Shown here one piece after another: positions 36,323-46,413 of a DNA stretch of 64,000 nt; within the stretch, counting starts at the first letter, position 1; every line of letters starts with the position of its first letter. Location: assembly GCA_963728295.1 (NCBI GenBank), contig CAVSKB010000004.1, positions 18,963-82,962 of the forward strand, written 5' to 3'. The notes beneath the pieces were generated by a model, which was not told the origin of the DNA, searched no databases, and saw nothing but the letters and a program-made list of their open reading frames with translations. The DNA comes from an uncultured Gammaproteobacteria bacterium. Its GTDB lineage: Bacteria > Pseudomonadota > Gammaproteobacteria > Steroidobacterales > Steroidobacteraceae. Position numbers and translations under genes: made by a program.

Positions 36323-38797
36323 TTGACCCCCCGAAGCACGACTCAACTGAGCAGCCTTGGCCTGCAGCCGGGTACGCTGAGGGCGGTCCTGATGGACCGC
36401 CTGACGCGGTCGCTTGGCCGCGACCCCGCCACGGCGACCCAGCGAGATATCTACAACGCGCTCTCGATGGCGGTGCGCGAGGAGCTCGCGGCGCGCTGGC
36501 TTGCCACCCAACGACGTGTCTCGGAGGCCGGCGTCAAACGGGTCTGCTATCTCTCGGTCGAGTACCTGCTTGGCCGCTCGCTGATCAACGGGCTTGCAAG
36601 CCTCGACGGTGACCTGGTGGCGGAGGCCCGTGCGGCTCTGGCCGAGCTCGACCACGACCTTGACCGGATCGCCGAGGAGGAAACCGATCCCGGTCTCGGC
36701 AACGGCGGCCTCGGCCGTCTCGCCGCCTGCTATCTCGACTCGCTCGCGACCCTGCAGTTTCCGGCGGTCGGGTACGGGATCCGCTACGACTACGGGATCT
36801 TTACCCAGACCATCGACGAGGATGGGCGCCAGCGGGAGATCGCGAGCAGCTGGCTGCGTCACTTCAATCCCTGGGAGATCGCGCGCGACGACGCGAGCTA
36901 CGTGATCCGATTCGGCGGTCGCTGCGTAACCACGCAGGACGCGCAGGGCATCCCGCGCACCCGCTGGGCCGAGACCCACAACATCTGGGCGGTCGCGTAC
37001 GACCAGCTGATTCCGGGCAACCGCAGCCCGACGGTCAATCACCTGAGGCTCTGGTCCGGCCGCGCGATTGCGCCTTTTGACGTTGAAGCGTTCAACGCCG
37101 GGCGCCACGCCGATGCCTCTGCCGCGCAGGCGGACGCCAAGAGCGTCTCGCGCCTCCTGTACCCGGACGATACGACGCCCCAGGGCAAGGAGCTGCGGCT
37201 AAAGCAGCAGTACTTCTTCGTCAGCGCAAGCCTGCAGGACATCCTCGCCCAGCACCTGGCCGACGGACGTCCGTTCGAGGCACTGTCGGACGCCGTCGCG
37301 ATCCAGCTCAACGACACGCACCCGGCGCTCGCGATCGCCGAGCTGATGCGGCTGCTCATCGACGAGCACGAGCTCGAGTGGAAGCCGGCCTGGGCGATCA
37401 CGCGGCGCGTGTTCTCGTACACGAACCACACCCTGCTGCCCGAGGCGCTCGAGACCTGGCCCGTGGCGTTCTTCGAGCGGCTGCTGCCGCGACATCTGCA
37501 GATCATCTACCTGATCAACCGCGCGCTGCTCGACGAAGTTTCCACCCGCTACCCGCACGACCACGAGCGGCGAAGCCGCGTGTCGCTGATCCAGGAAGAT
37601 CACGGCCGCCTGGTGCGGATGGCCAACCTCGCCGTCGTCGGCAGCCACACCGTCAACGGTGTGGCGAGGCTGCATTCGGAGCTGATGAAGCAGACGATCT
37701 TCCGTGACTTCGCCGAGCTCTACCCGGACCGATTCACCAGCGTGACGAACGGCATCGCGGTGCGCCGCTGGTTGAAGCAGTCGAACCCGGGGCTCTCTGC
37801 GCTCCTGACCGAGCATCTCGGGCACGCCTGGGAGAACGATCTCGAGGAGCTGGAGCGGATGCGGGACGCCGTCGACGATAGCGGCTTTCGCCAGCGCTTC
37901 CGGGCGATCAAGCAGGACAACAAGGAGCAGCTCGCCGAGGTGATCCTGCGCCGCGTGGGAATCGACGTCGATACCGGTTCCCTGTTTGACGTACAGGTGA
38001 AGCGCATCCACGAGTACAAGCGGCAGCTCCTCAACCTGCTGTACGTGATCACCCGCTACAACCGGCTGCGCGAAAATCCGCAGCTCGACCTGGTGCCACG
38101 CACGGTGATCTTTGCCGGAAAGGCCGCGCCCGGCTACTACCTCGCGAAGTCGATCATCCGCCTGATCAACAACGTCGCCCGCGTCGTCAATGACGATCGC
38201 TCCATCGGCGGGAAGTTGCGCGTGGTGTTTCTGCCGGATTACGACGTGTCGCTCGCTCAGCGGATCATGCCTGCCGCCGATCTCTCCGAGCAGATCTCGA
38301 CCGCCGGCATGGAAGCTTCCGGCACCGGCAACATGAAGCTCGCGCTCAACGGGGCGCTCACTATCGGTACGCTCGACGGAGCGAACATCGAGATCCGCGA
38401 AGCGGTCAGCCCGGAGAACATCTTCATCTTCGGCCTGACCGCGGAAGAGGTCGCAGCACGTCGGCGCTCGGGCTATTCGCCCAGTGAGATCGTGGCTGCG
38501 AACCCGGAGCTCGCAAAGACCATCGACCTGATCGATGCGGGTCACTTCTCACCCGGCAACCTCACCGCCGGCCGTCCGATCGTCGAGCGGCTGCTGTCGG
38601 AGGGGGAAACCTTCTTCGTGCTCGCGGACTTCGCCGCGTATGCCGCCGCGCAGGACGCGGTCGACGCGCTTTACCGCGATACCGACGCCTGGACGCGCAA
38701 GGCCGCGATCAACACTCTCAACATGGGGATGTTCTCGAGTGACCGCAGCGTGCGCCAATACGCGCAGCGGATCTGGCGGATCAAGCCAGTGCTCTGA
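36323..38797 (+). CDS. glgP: Glycogen/maltodextrin phosphorylase
   Basis: 824-aa ORF with the EASGTGNMKLALNGALTIGTLDGANIEI pyridoxal-phosphate Lys motif. It has a TTG start at 36323; the next ATG is at 36392. Confidence 0.93.
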   Translation: MTPRSTTQLSSLGLQPGTLRAVLMDRLTRSLGRDPATATQRDIYNALSMAVREELAARWLATQRRVSEAGVKRVCYLSVEYLLGRSLINGLASLDGDLVAEARAALAELDHDLDRIAEEETDPGLGNGGLGRLAACYLDSLATLQFPAVGYGIRYDYGIFTQTIDEDGRQREIASSWLRHFNPWEIARDDASYVIRFGGRCVTTQDAQGIPRTRWAETHNIWAVAYDQLIPGNRSPTVNHLRLWSGRAIAPFDVEAFNAGRHADASAAQADAKSVSRLLYPDDTTPQGKELRLKQQYFFVSASLQDILAQHLADGRPFEALSDAVAIQLNDTHPALAIAELMRLLIDEHELEWKPAWAITRRVFSYTNHTLLPEALETWPVAFFERLLPRHLQIIYLINRALLDEVSTRYPHDHERRSRVSLIQEDHGRLVRMANLAVVGSHTVNGVARLHSELMKQTIFRDFAELYPDRFTSVTNGIAVRRWLKQSNPGLSALLTEHLGHAWENDLEELERMRDAVDDSGFRQRFRAIKQDNKEQLAEVILRRVGIDVDTGSLFDVQVKRIHEYKRQLLNLLYVITRYNRLRENPQLDLVPRTVIFAGKAAPGYYLAKSIIRLINNVARVVNDDRSIGGKLRVVFLPDYDVSLAQRIMPAADLSEQISTAGMEASGTGNMKLALNGALTIGTLDGANIEIREAVSPENIFIFGLTAEEVAARRRSGYSPSEIVAANPELAKTIDLIDAGHFSPGNLTAGRPIVERLLSEGETFFVLADFAAYAAAQDAVDALYRDTDAWTRKAAINTLNMGMFSSDRSVRQYAQRIWRIKPVL

Positions 38798-38858
38798 CGC
38801 GCCAAGATTGATGCGGCTGCTCGCCAGCCTCCCGCAGCACTGTCAGCGGAGCAGATAG

Positions 38859-39681
38859 ATGATCAAGAGTCACGAAATCACGGGCGGCGCAGGCACCAGG
38901 CTCCACCTCGTCGAGAGCGGAAACTCCAGCGGTCGTCCTATTCTCTTCATCCATGGTTTCTCACAGTGTTGGCTCGCCTGGAGTCGGCAGCTCAGCTCGG
39001 ACCTGGCCGACGGCCATCGACTTGTCGCAATGGACCTGCGTGGCCATGGTCTCTCGGAAAAGCCTCACGAGGGCTACGCAGACTCGAGGCTGTGGGCTGA
39101 TGACGTCAACGCCGCGATACGCACTCTGAGTCTTGACCATCCGATCCTCTGTGGCTGGTCATATGGGCCGCTTGTAATCTTCGATTACCTCCGGCATTAC
39201 GGCGAGGATGGCATCGGCGGTATCCACTTCGTCGGTGGGATCTCGAAGCTTGGCAGTGACGAGGCGTTGTCGGTCCTCACCCCGGAGTTTCTGCAGCTTG
39301 TTCCGGGATTCTTCGCCACGGAAGTGGAAGAGAGTGTGCGCAGCCTTCAGTCGCTGCTGCGACTGTGCTTCGTCCAGGAGCCTTCGGCCGCGGAGCTCTA
39401 CCTGATGCTGGGATACAACCTGTCCGTCCCGCCCCATGTCCGCCAGGCGCTGCTTTCTCGCTCGTTCGACAACGACGATCTCCTGCCGAAGCTCCGCAAA
39501 CCTGCGCTGATCTACCACGGCGCCGACGACGCGATCGTCAAGTCTGTGCGTCGTCGACCAGCACACGGCGAGCATCGCCCACGCGCAGACTCATGTGATG
39601 GCGAATGCGGGGCACGCGCCGTTCTGGGATGATGCGCCAGGCTTCAACCGGCGCCTGCGGATTTTCTCAGAGAGCCTTTGA
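38859..39681 (+). CDS. Alpha/beta-fold hydrolase; frame broken at about 39540-39552 as written
   Basis: ILFIHGFSQCW and the nucleophile elbow GWSYG are in ORF 38859..39632, up to HGADDAIVKS. VVDQHTASIAHAQTHVMANAGHAPFWDDAPGFNRRLRIFSESL and TGA at 39679-39681 follow in the next frame. The span is 3n+1. Confidence 0.75.
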
Positions 39682-39697
39682 GATCCTGAGCGTGGCC

Positions 39698-40540
39698 ATG
39701 GGCGCTCGAGACTCGCGGGCGGATGGCTACGAGTCGTTCTACCGCGAATTTGATTCATCCCTGATGCGCCGAGTCCGGAAGGAGGCATACGGGGAGGACA
39801 TCGGGCAACACTCCTGGGTCAGCGCCGACGAACTGCGTGCGGACATCCGCCGTCTCGAGCTCTCCCCGGCGAGCCGGTTGCTCGACCTTGGCTGCGGGCC
39901 TTGCGGTCCGCTTACGTTCGTGCTCGCGAACGTGGGTTGTCCGGGAACCGGGCTGGAGCTGAGCGCACCGGCCGTCCGTGCCGGCCGCACGCGTGCCGGC
40001 TCGCTCGGCGTTGCGGCCTTGCTCACTGCGCAGGAAGCCGATCTCAATGCGTCGCTTCCGTGCGGAACTCACTACTTTACGGCAGCGATGTCGCTCGACG
40101 TCGTGTGTCATATTCGCGACCGCGCCAGGTTGTTCCAGGAAGTCGCAAGAGTGCTGTCACCCGGCGGCAGGTTTCTGTTCACGGATCCGTGTGTGGTCAC
40201 CGGTTCGGTCTCGAGCGATGAGGTGCGCCGGCGCAGCATCCACGGCTACACCGAGTTCGCGGCTCCTGGATGGAATGAGGCGACACTGGACGGTGCCGGT
40301 TTTCGCCTGATCGAGACGGAGGATCGAACCCCGAGCGTGCTGCGAAACGCCCGTGGTCGGCTGGCGGCCGTGCAGACCTATCGGGCGGAGCTTGAGCACA
40401 CCCTGGGCGCGGCCGCTGTCCGGGATCAGCAGGACCACCTCGAGATCGTTATCGAGCTCGCCCGGCGGGGCGCTGCTTCGCGCGTGATGTACCTGGCGGA
40501 GCGGTCGAACTGCGGAGAACGCGGTAGCGGCGAGCCATGA
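39698..40540 (+). CDS. Class I SAM-dependent methyltransferase
   Basis: The MGARDSRADGYESFY start lies inside ORF 39605..40540. It has motif I LLDLGCGPCG and LSPGGRFLFTD. Its stop overlaps the next gene's start (ATGA at 40537-40540). Confidence 0.7.
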   Translation: MGARDSRADGYESFYREFDSSLMRRVRKEAYGEDIGQHSWVSADELRADIRRLELSPASRLLDLGCGPCGPLTFVLANVGCPGTGLELSAPAVRAGRTRAGSLGVAALLTAQEADLNASLPCGTHYFTAAMSLDVVCHIRDRARLFQEVARVLSPGGRFLFTDPCVVTGSVSSDEVRRRSIHGYTEFAAPGWNEATLDGAGFRLIETEDRTPSVLRNARGRLAAVQTYRAELEHTLGAAAVRDQQDHLEIVIELARRGAASRVMYLAERSNCGERGSGEP

Positions 40541-42016
40541 GGCTGCCGACCGGAGAGACAACTTCCGAAGTCGGGCCGCCAAAGCTCGAGTCTGTCCCGC
40601 CCGGCGCCAGCGCGCGTGCGCGCTTCTGGCGCTGGGCAGCCGTCATTGGCATCGGGCTCGCGATCGCCGCCGTCCCGCCGCCGGCGGGCGTGTCCGCCGA
40701 TTCCTGGAACCTGCTGGCAATCTTCTTGGCCACGGTCGCTGGGCTCACGCTGCAGCCGCTTCCCGGCGGCGCGATGGTCCTGCTCGGCGTCGGCGCCAGC
40801 GTGATTCTCGGCGTCCAGCCCATCGCAACGGCCTTGTCAGGGTACGGCGACCCGATCGTGTGGCTCGTGCTCGCGGCGTTCTTCATGTCCCGCGGCATGA
40901 TCAAGACGGGGTTGGGCCGGCGCATCGCGTTCCTGTTCATCCGCTCGCTGGGCAAGCGGTCGCTCGGGCTGGGCTTCGCGCTGACGCTGACCGAGTTCGT
41001 GCTGGCAAGCTTCATTCCGTCGAACGCCGCGCGCTCGGGCGGCATCATCTTCCCGATCGCGAAGAGCCTGGCCACGGCCTACGACTCGCAGCCCGGTCCG
41101 ACGGCAGGCCGCCTCGGGGCCTTCCTGATGATCTTCCTGTATCAGTGCTGCGTCGTGAACTGCGCGATTTTCCTGACGGGGCAGGCCGCGAACGCGCTGA
41201 TCGCTTCCTTTGCATCGAAGACCGCCGGGGTCGAGATCAGCTACGGCCGGTGGTTCGTTGGCGGAGTCGTGCCCGGTTTGCTGAGTCTCCTGCGTGGTCG
41301 GCTTGCTCGTCTATCGCATGTCGCCGCCGGAAGTCACTCACACGCCGCGCGCGCCCGAGATCGCGCAGGCGGAACTCGAACAGATGGGTCCGATATCAGG
41401 ATCCGAACTGCGGATGCTCCTGGTGTTCGCGCTGGTCGCCGCGCTGTGGATGACGACCGCCCTGCACGGCATTCATTACGCCGCGGTGGCGTTGATGGGC
41501 ATCGGCGTGCTGCTCGTATCGGGCGTGATCGACTGGGAGGACGTCAAGTCCGAGCGCGGTGCGTGGGACGTGTTCATCTGGTACGGGGGCCTCGTGCAAT
41601 TGGCCGGTGCGCTCGCGGGCACCGGGTTGCCCGAACAATTCGCCCGCTCGATAGCGGGATTCACCACGGGGTGGCCATGGTGGGAAGCGCTGGTCGTGCT
41701 CGTGCTCGTCTATTTCTACGCTCATTACGCGTTCGCGAGCATCACCGCGCACGCCACCGCAATGTTCATCCCGTTTCTGGCGGTGATGATTGCAGCGGGA
41801 GTGCCGGCGGGGCTCGCTGTCCTTTCGCTTGCGTATGCATCCAACCTGATGGCCGGCCTGACGCACTATGGGACTACGCCCGGACCAATCTACTTCGGCG
41901 CCGGTTACGTCACGCAGGGGACCTGGTGGCGCATCGGCTTGATCGCATCCGGCGCAAGTCTCGTCATCTGGATGACGGTCGGTGTCGCCTGGTGGAGGTT
42001 CCTCGGCCTCTGGTGA
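40537..42016 (+). CDS. DASS/SLC13-family anion (di/tricarboxylate-type) transporter; frame broken at about 41293 as written
   Basis: The polytopic N-half is in ORF 40537..42084 (FIPSNAARSGGIIFPI), up to VVPGLLSLL. VVGLLVYRMSPPEV ... AYASNLMAGLTHYGTTPGPIYFGAGY follows in ORF 41294..42016. The span is 3n+1. Confidence 0.78.
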
Positions 42017-42088
42017 GTCGCGCGCCCGGCAACGGTGCGGCGGCCCATCCTGCGGGCGACTGGACCCGTGTCCGGCTAGACTGAAGCG

Positions 42089-44314
42089 GTGCCTGGCAAA
42101 CTCAAGCTGACCACCGCGGAAATCGGCGCGCTGATCGAGGCGCGTCATCGGGAGCCGCGCTCGGTGCTCGGTTATCACGAGGTGCGACGTGGCAAAGCCG
42201 AGCCGCGCAGCATCGTGCGCGTGCTCGAGCCCGACGCGGTCGAAGTCGCGGTGGAATGGTCCGACGGGGGCGAGGTCTCCACTATCCTGCGCCGTATCCA
42301 CGACGCGGGCCTCTTCGAAGGGGAGGTACCGCGACGCCGGCCCTTGCAGCCGTACCGGCTGCGGATTCGCTATCGCAGCGGCGCCACACTCGCCAAGCAC
42401 GATCCGTATTTCTTTGCGCCGCAGCTGAGCGAGTTCGATCTGCACCTGTTCGGCGAAGGCAACCACCACCATATCTATTACAAGCTGGGTGCCCATCCGC
42501 AGGAAGTCGACGGCGTGACGGGTACGCACTTCGCCGTCTGGGCACCGAATGCGCAGCGGGTCAGCGTCGTGGGCTCGTTCAACCTCTGGGACGGCCGCAA
42601 GCACGCGATGCAGCTGCGCGGGACGTCCGGAATCTGGGAACTCTTCATCCCGGGCGTCGGGCCCGGCGCAGCCTACAAATACGAGATCCGGACGAATAGC
42701 GGTCGCACGCTGCTCAAGGCCGATCCATACGGCTTCGCGATGCAGTTGCGGCCGGACAATTGCTCGGTCGTCGCCGCGCTGGACGGCCATGAATGGCGTG
42801 ACGAGGCCTGGATGACCGCACGCGCGCAGACCGACTGGCCGCGTCGCCCCATCAATATCTACGAGATTCACCCGGGTTCCTGGCGGCGCCACTACGATCG
42901 GACGCCATCGTTTCCGAACTGGCGTGAGCTCGCGGATGACCTCATCCCCTACGTTCGCGATCTCGGCTTCACGCACGTCGAGTTGATGGGTGTCGCGGAA
43001 TATCCCTACGACGGTTCCTGGGGCTACCAGGTCGTTGGTTACTACGCGCCGACCGCCCGTCACGGTACACCGCAGGATTTCATGCACTTCGTCGACCGCT
43101 GTCACGAAGCCGGCATCGGCGTGATCATCGACTGGGTGCCCGCGCACTTCCCGCGCGACGAGCATGGCCTCGCGTCCTTCGACGGAACCGCGCTCTATGA
43201 GCATGCCGATCCGCGGCTGGGCGAGCACGCCGACTGGGGGACGAAGATCTTCAATTACGGCCGCCACGAGGTGTGCAACTTCCTCGTGGCCAACGCGCTC
43301 TACTGGCTCGAGCGCTATCACGTGGACGGCCTGCGGGTCGACGCCGTGGCCTCGATGCTTTACCTCGATTACAGCCGCAAGGAGGGCGAATGGCTGCCGA
43401 ACCGGCACGGTGGCCGAGAGAACCTCGAGGCGATCGAGCTGCTCAGGCGGCTCAATGTCGTCGTCGGGCATTACTACCCGGGGGCGCTGACGATCGCGGA
43501 GGAGTCAACCGCGTTTCCGGCGGTGACGCAACCAGTGCACCTCGGCGGTCTCGGATTCCATTTCAAGTGGAACATGGGCTGGATGAACGACACGCTGCGC
43601 TATGCGGCGCTCGATCCCATACACCGCCGCTTCCACCACCAGCTGATCACCTTTTCATTCGTGTATGCATGGTCGGAGAAATTCGTGCTGCCGGTGTCTC
43701 ACGACGAGGTCGTGCACGGCAAGCGATCCCTGCTGGAGAAGATGCCGGGCGATCGCTGGCAGAAGTTCGCAAACTACCGGTGGTTGCGCGCGTACATGAC
43801 GGCGCATCCGGGTAAGAAGCTGCTGTTCATGGGACAGGAGTTCGGACAGTCGCGGGAGTGGAATCACGACGACTCACTCGATTGGCACGAGCGCGAAGCG
43901 GATTGGCATCGCGGCCTGGTTGAGCTGAATCGCGAGCTCAACATGCTCTATGCGCGCGAGCCGGAACTCCATGCCAGCGATCCCGACCCGCATGGCTTCC
44001 GCTGGATCGATCACGACAACGCCGAGCAGAGCGTGTTCGCGTTCCTGCGTCGCGACCACGGCGCGCCCGGGGCTTCGCCCCTCATCTGCGTCTTCAATGC
44101 CACGCCGGTGCCGCGGAACGGTTACCGGATCGGCGTCGAGCGGCCGGGCGACTACCGTTTGGTGCTCGACACCGACGACACGCGCTTCGGTGGCTCGGGG
44201 TACAACCCGCGGGCGCACTGGACCGCCGACGCAGAGCCATGTCACGATTTTCCGCACAGCGTGCGGCTCGATCTGCCACCGCTTTCGGCCGTTTTTCTGA
44301 GCGCGACGCCGTGA
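42089..44314 (+). CDS. glgB: 1,4-alpha-glucan branching enzyme
   Basis: 741-aa ORF with GH13 motifs HVDGLRVDAVASMLY, TIAEESTAFP and SHDEVVHGK. It has a GTG start. Confidence 0.95.
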   Translation: MPGKLKLTTAEIGALIEARHREPRSVLGYHEVRRGKAEPRSIVRVLEPDAVEVAVEWSDGGEVSTILRRIHDAGLFEGEVPRRRPLQPYRLRIRYRSGATLAKHDPYFFAPQLSEFDLHLFGEGNHHHIYYKLGAHPQEVDGVTGTHFAVWAPNAQRVSVVGSFNLWDGRKHAMQLRGTSGIWELFIPGVGPGAAYKYEIRTNSGRTLLKADPYGFAMQLRPDNCSVVAALDGHEWRDEAWMTARAQTDWPRRPINIYEIHPGSWRRHYDRTPSFPNWRELADDLIPYVRDLGFTHVELMGVAEYPYDGSWGYQVVGYYAPTARHGTPQDFMHFVDRCHEAGIGVIIDWVPAHFPRDEHGLASFDGTALYEHADPRLGEHADWGTKIFNYGRHEVCNFLVANALYWLERYHVDGLRVDAVASMLYLDYSRKEGEWLPNRHGGRENLEAIELLRRLNVVVGHYYPGALTIAEESTAFPAVTQPVHLGGLGFHFKWNMGWMNDTLRYAALDPIHRRFHHQLITFSFVYAWSEKFVLPVSHDEVVHGKRSLLEKMPGDRWQKFANYRWLRAYMTAHPGKKLLFMGQEFGQSREWNHDDSLDWHEREADWHRGLVELNRELNMLYAREPELHASDPDPHGFRWIDHDNAEQSVFAFLRRDHGAPGASPLICVFNATPVPRNGYRIGVERPGDYRLVLDTDDTRFGGSGYNPRAHWTADAEPCHDFPHSVRLDLPPLSAVFLSATP

Positions 44315-46413
44315 GCGAGACCGTTCCGGTACTGGAGGCGGGCGCGCCGCAGCCGCCGGGTGCGCACTGGACCGGGGTCGGCACGAACTTCGCCGTGTTT
44401 TCCGCCGTCGCCGACCGCGTGGAGTTGTGCCTGTTCGACGACGCGGACCAGGAACGCGCGCGGCTCGCGTTACCGGCGCGCACGGGCGACATCTGGCACG
44501 GCTTCCTGCCGGCAGAGTTCGGCGGTATCGGAACCGCTTATGGCTACAGGGTTCACGGCCCGTATCAACCCTCCGCAGGGCACCGCTGCAACCCCGCGAA
44601 GCTCCTGGTCGATCCGGCGGCGCTCGCGCTGTCGGGCGACCTCGTGTGGCATCCCGCTCTGAACGGCGGTGCGCCCGCCGATGATCGGACACCCGACGCC
44701 ACGGACAGCGCACCGTGGGTGCCCAGGTGTCGTGTCGTGGATCGTGCATTCGAGTGGGGAAGCGTTCGCCGCCCGCACGTACCGTGGCGCGACACCGTCA
44801 TCTACGAGCTGCACGTAAAGGGGTATACGCAGCTCCATCGGCGCGTCCCCGCGGAGCATCGCGGCAAGTTTCTGGGTCTCGCGCACCCGGCCGTGATCGA
44901 TCACCTGCACCGCCTCGGCGTCACGTCGGTCGAGCTGATGCCCTGTCACGCCTGGGTGAGCGAGCAGGTTCTCCTGCAGCGGGGGCTGACCAACTTCTGG
45001 GGCTACAACCCGCTCGCCTGGTTTGCCCCGGACGCCCGCTACGCCGTCGCCGATCCGGTCGCCGAGTTCAAGACCATGGTGCGCGCACTGCACGCGGCGG
45101 GGCTGGAGGTGATACTCGACGTGGTCTTCAACCACACGGCCGAGGGCAACCAGCTCGGACCGACGCTGAGCCTCCGCGGTTTCGACAACGCCAACTATTA
45201 CCGCCTGCCGCCGCACGACCGGTCGCAGTACGAGAACTTCTCCGGCACCGGCAACACGGTCAGCGTCGATCATCCGGCAGTCCGCGCGCTCGTGATCGAC
45301 TGCCTGCGCTACTGGGTGAGCGACATGGGGGTGGACGGATTCCGCTTCGATCTCGCGCCGGTGCTGGGCCGCGACAGCAGCGGCTACAGCAGCCAGGCGC
45401 CGTTCTTCGCGGCCCTGCGATCGGACCCCGTGCTCGCCTACACCAAGCTGATCGCCGAGCCCTGGGACGTCGGGCCGGGCGGCTATCAGCTCGGCCACTT
45501 TCCGGCGGGATGGTCGGAGTGGAACGACCGGTTCCGCGATACTACGCGTGCGTTCTGGCGCGGCGACCGGCCGCTGCTCGGCACTTTTGCCGAGCGCTTT
45601 GCGGGCTCGAGCGACCTGTTCCGCCATCACGGCCGCAAGCCCACCGCGACCGTGAACTTCGTTGCGTCACACGACGGCTTCACACTCGCCGACATCGTGT
45701 CCTACAACGATCGTCACAACGAGGCGAACCTCGAGAACGGCGCCGACGGCCACGCGCACAACCTGAGCTGGAACCACGGCGTCGAAGGGGCGACCGACGA
45801 TCCCGCGATCACGGCACTGCGTCGCCGCCAGATGCGCAACCTCCTCGCCACCGTGCTGCTGGCGCAGGGCGTGCCGATGCTGCTCGCCGGCGACGAGATG
45901 GCGCGCAGCCAGCGCGGCAACAACAACACCTACTGCCAGGACAACGAGCTGTCGTGGATCGACTGGGACCTCCTCGAGCAGAACTACGACCTGGTCGACT
46001 TTGCGTGTCAGCTCATCCGGTTCCGGCGGTCGCGGCCGGGGCTGCGACGGGACACCTTCCTCAAGGGAGCCCGGCGCGGCACCTCGCCCAAGGATGTGAG
46101 CTGGCTGCATCCCACCGGCCGGGAGCTCTCGGCGGCCGACTGGAACGATGCGGCCGCCCGATGCCTGGGGGTGCTGATGAGCGGCGGGGTGACCTCGCGG
46201 CGCGGCGTCTCCGGCAACCTGCTGGTCATCTTCAATGCCGACGACGCGGCGAACGAGTTCGTGTTGCCGCCGGCGCCGGCCGAGGCCTCCTGGTGCGTGC
46301 TGTTCGACACGGCCCTGCGTCATCCGGGACCCGGCACGCGCATGCTGCGCAACCTGAGGACGCTGCCGCTCGAACCGCGCAGCACGGTGCTGCTCGAATC
46401 GCAGGTCGAATGA
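44311..46413 (+). CDS. glgX: Glycogen debranching enzyme
   Basis: The GTG at 44311 overlaps the glgB stop (GTGA). Motifs are GAHWTGVGTNFAVFS, GVDGFRFDLA, IAEPWD and VASHDGFTLAD. The ORF opens upstream at 44239, but that part is glgB read out of frame. Confidence 0.92.
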   Translation: MSETVPVLEAGAPQPPGAHWTGVGTNFAVFSAVADRVELCLFDDADQERARLALPARTGDIWHGFLPAEFGGIGTAYGYRVHGPYQPSAGHRCNPAKLLVDPAALALSGDLVWHPALNGGAPADDRTPDATDSAPWVPRCRVVDRAFEWGSVRRPHVPWRDTVIYELHVKGYTQLHRRVPAEHRGKFLGLAHPAVIDHLHRLGVTSVELMPCHAWVSEQVLLQRGLTNFWGYNPLAWFAPDARYAVADPVAEFKTMVRALHAAGLEVILDVVFNHTAEGNQLGPTLSLRGFDNANYYRLPPHDRSQYENFSGTGNTVSVDHPAVRALVIDCLRYWVSDMGVDGFRFDLAPVLGRDSSGYSSQAPFFAALRSDPVLAYTKLIAEPWDVGPGGYQLGHFPAGWSEWNDRFRDTTRAFWRGDRPLLGTFAERFAGSSDLFRHHGRKPTATVNFVASHDGFTLADIVSYNDRHNEANLENGADGHAHNLSWNHGVEGATDDPAITALRRRQMRNLLATVLLAQGVPMLLAGDEMARSQRGNNNTYCQDNELSWIDWDLLEQNYDLVDFACQLIRFRRSRPGLRRDTFLKGARRGTSPKDVSWLHPTGRELSAADWNDAAARCLGVLMSGGVTSRRGVSGNLLVIFNADDAANEFVLPPAPAEASWCVLFDTALRHPGPGTRMLRNLRTLPLEPRSTVLLESQVE

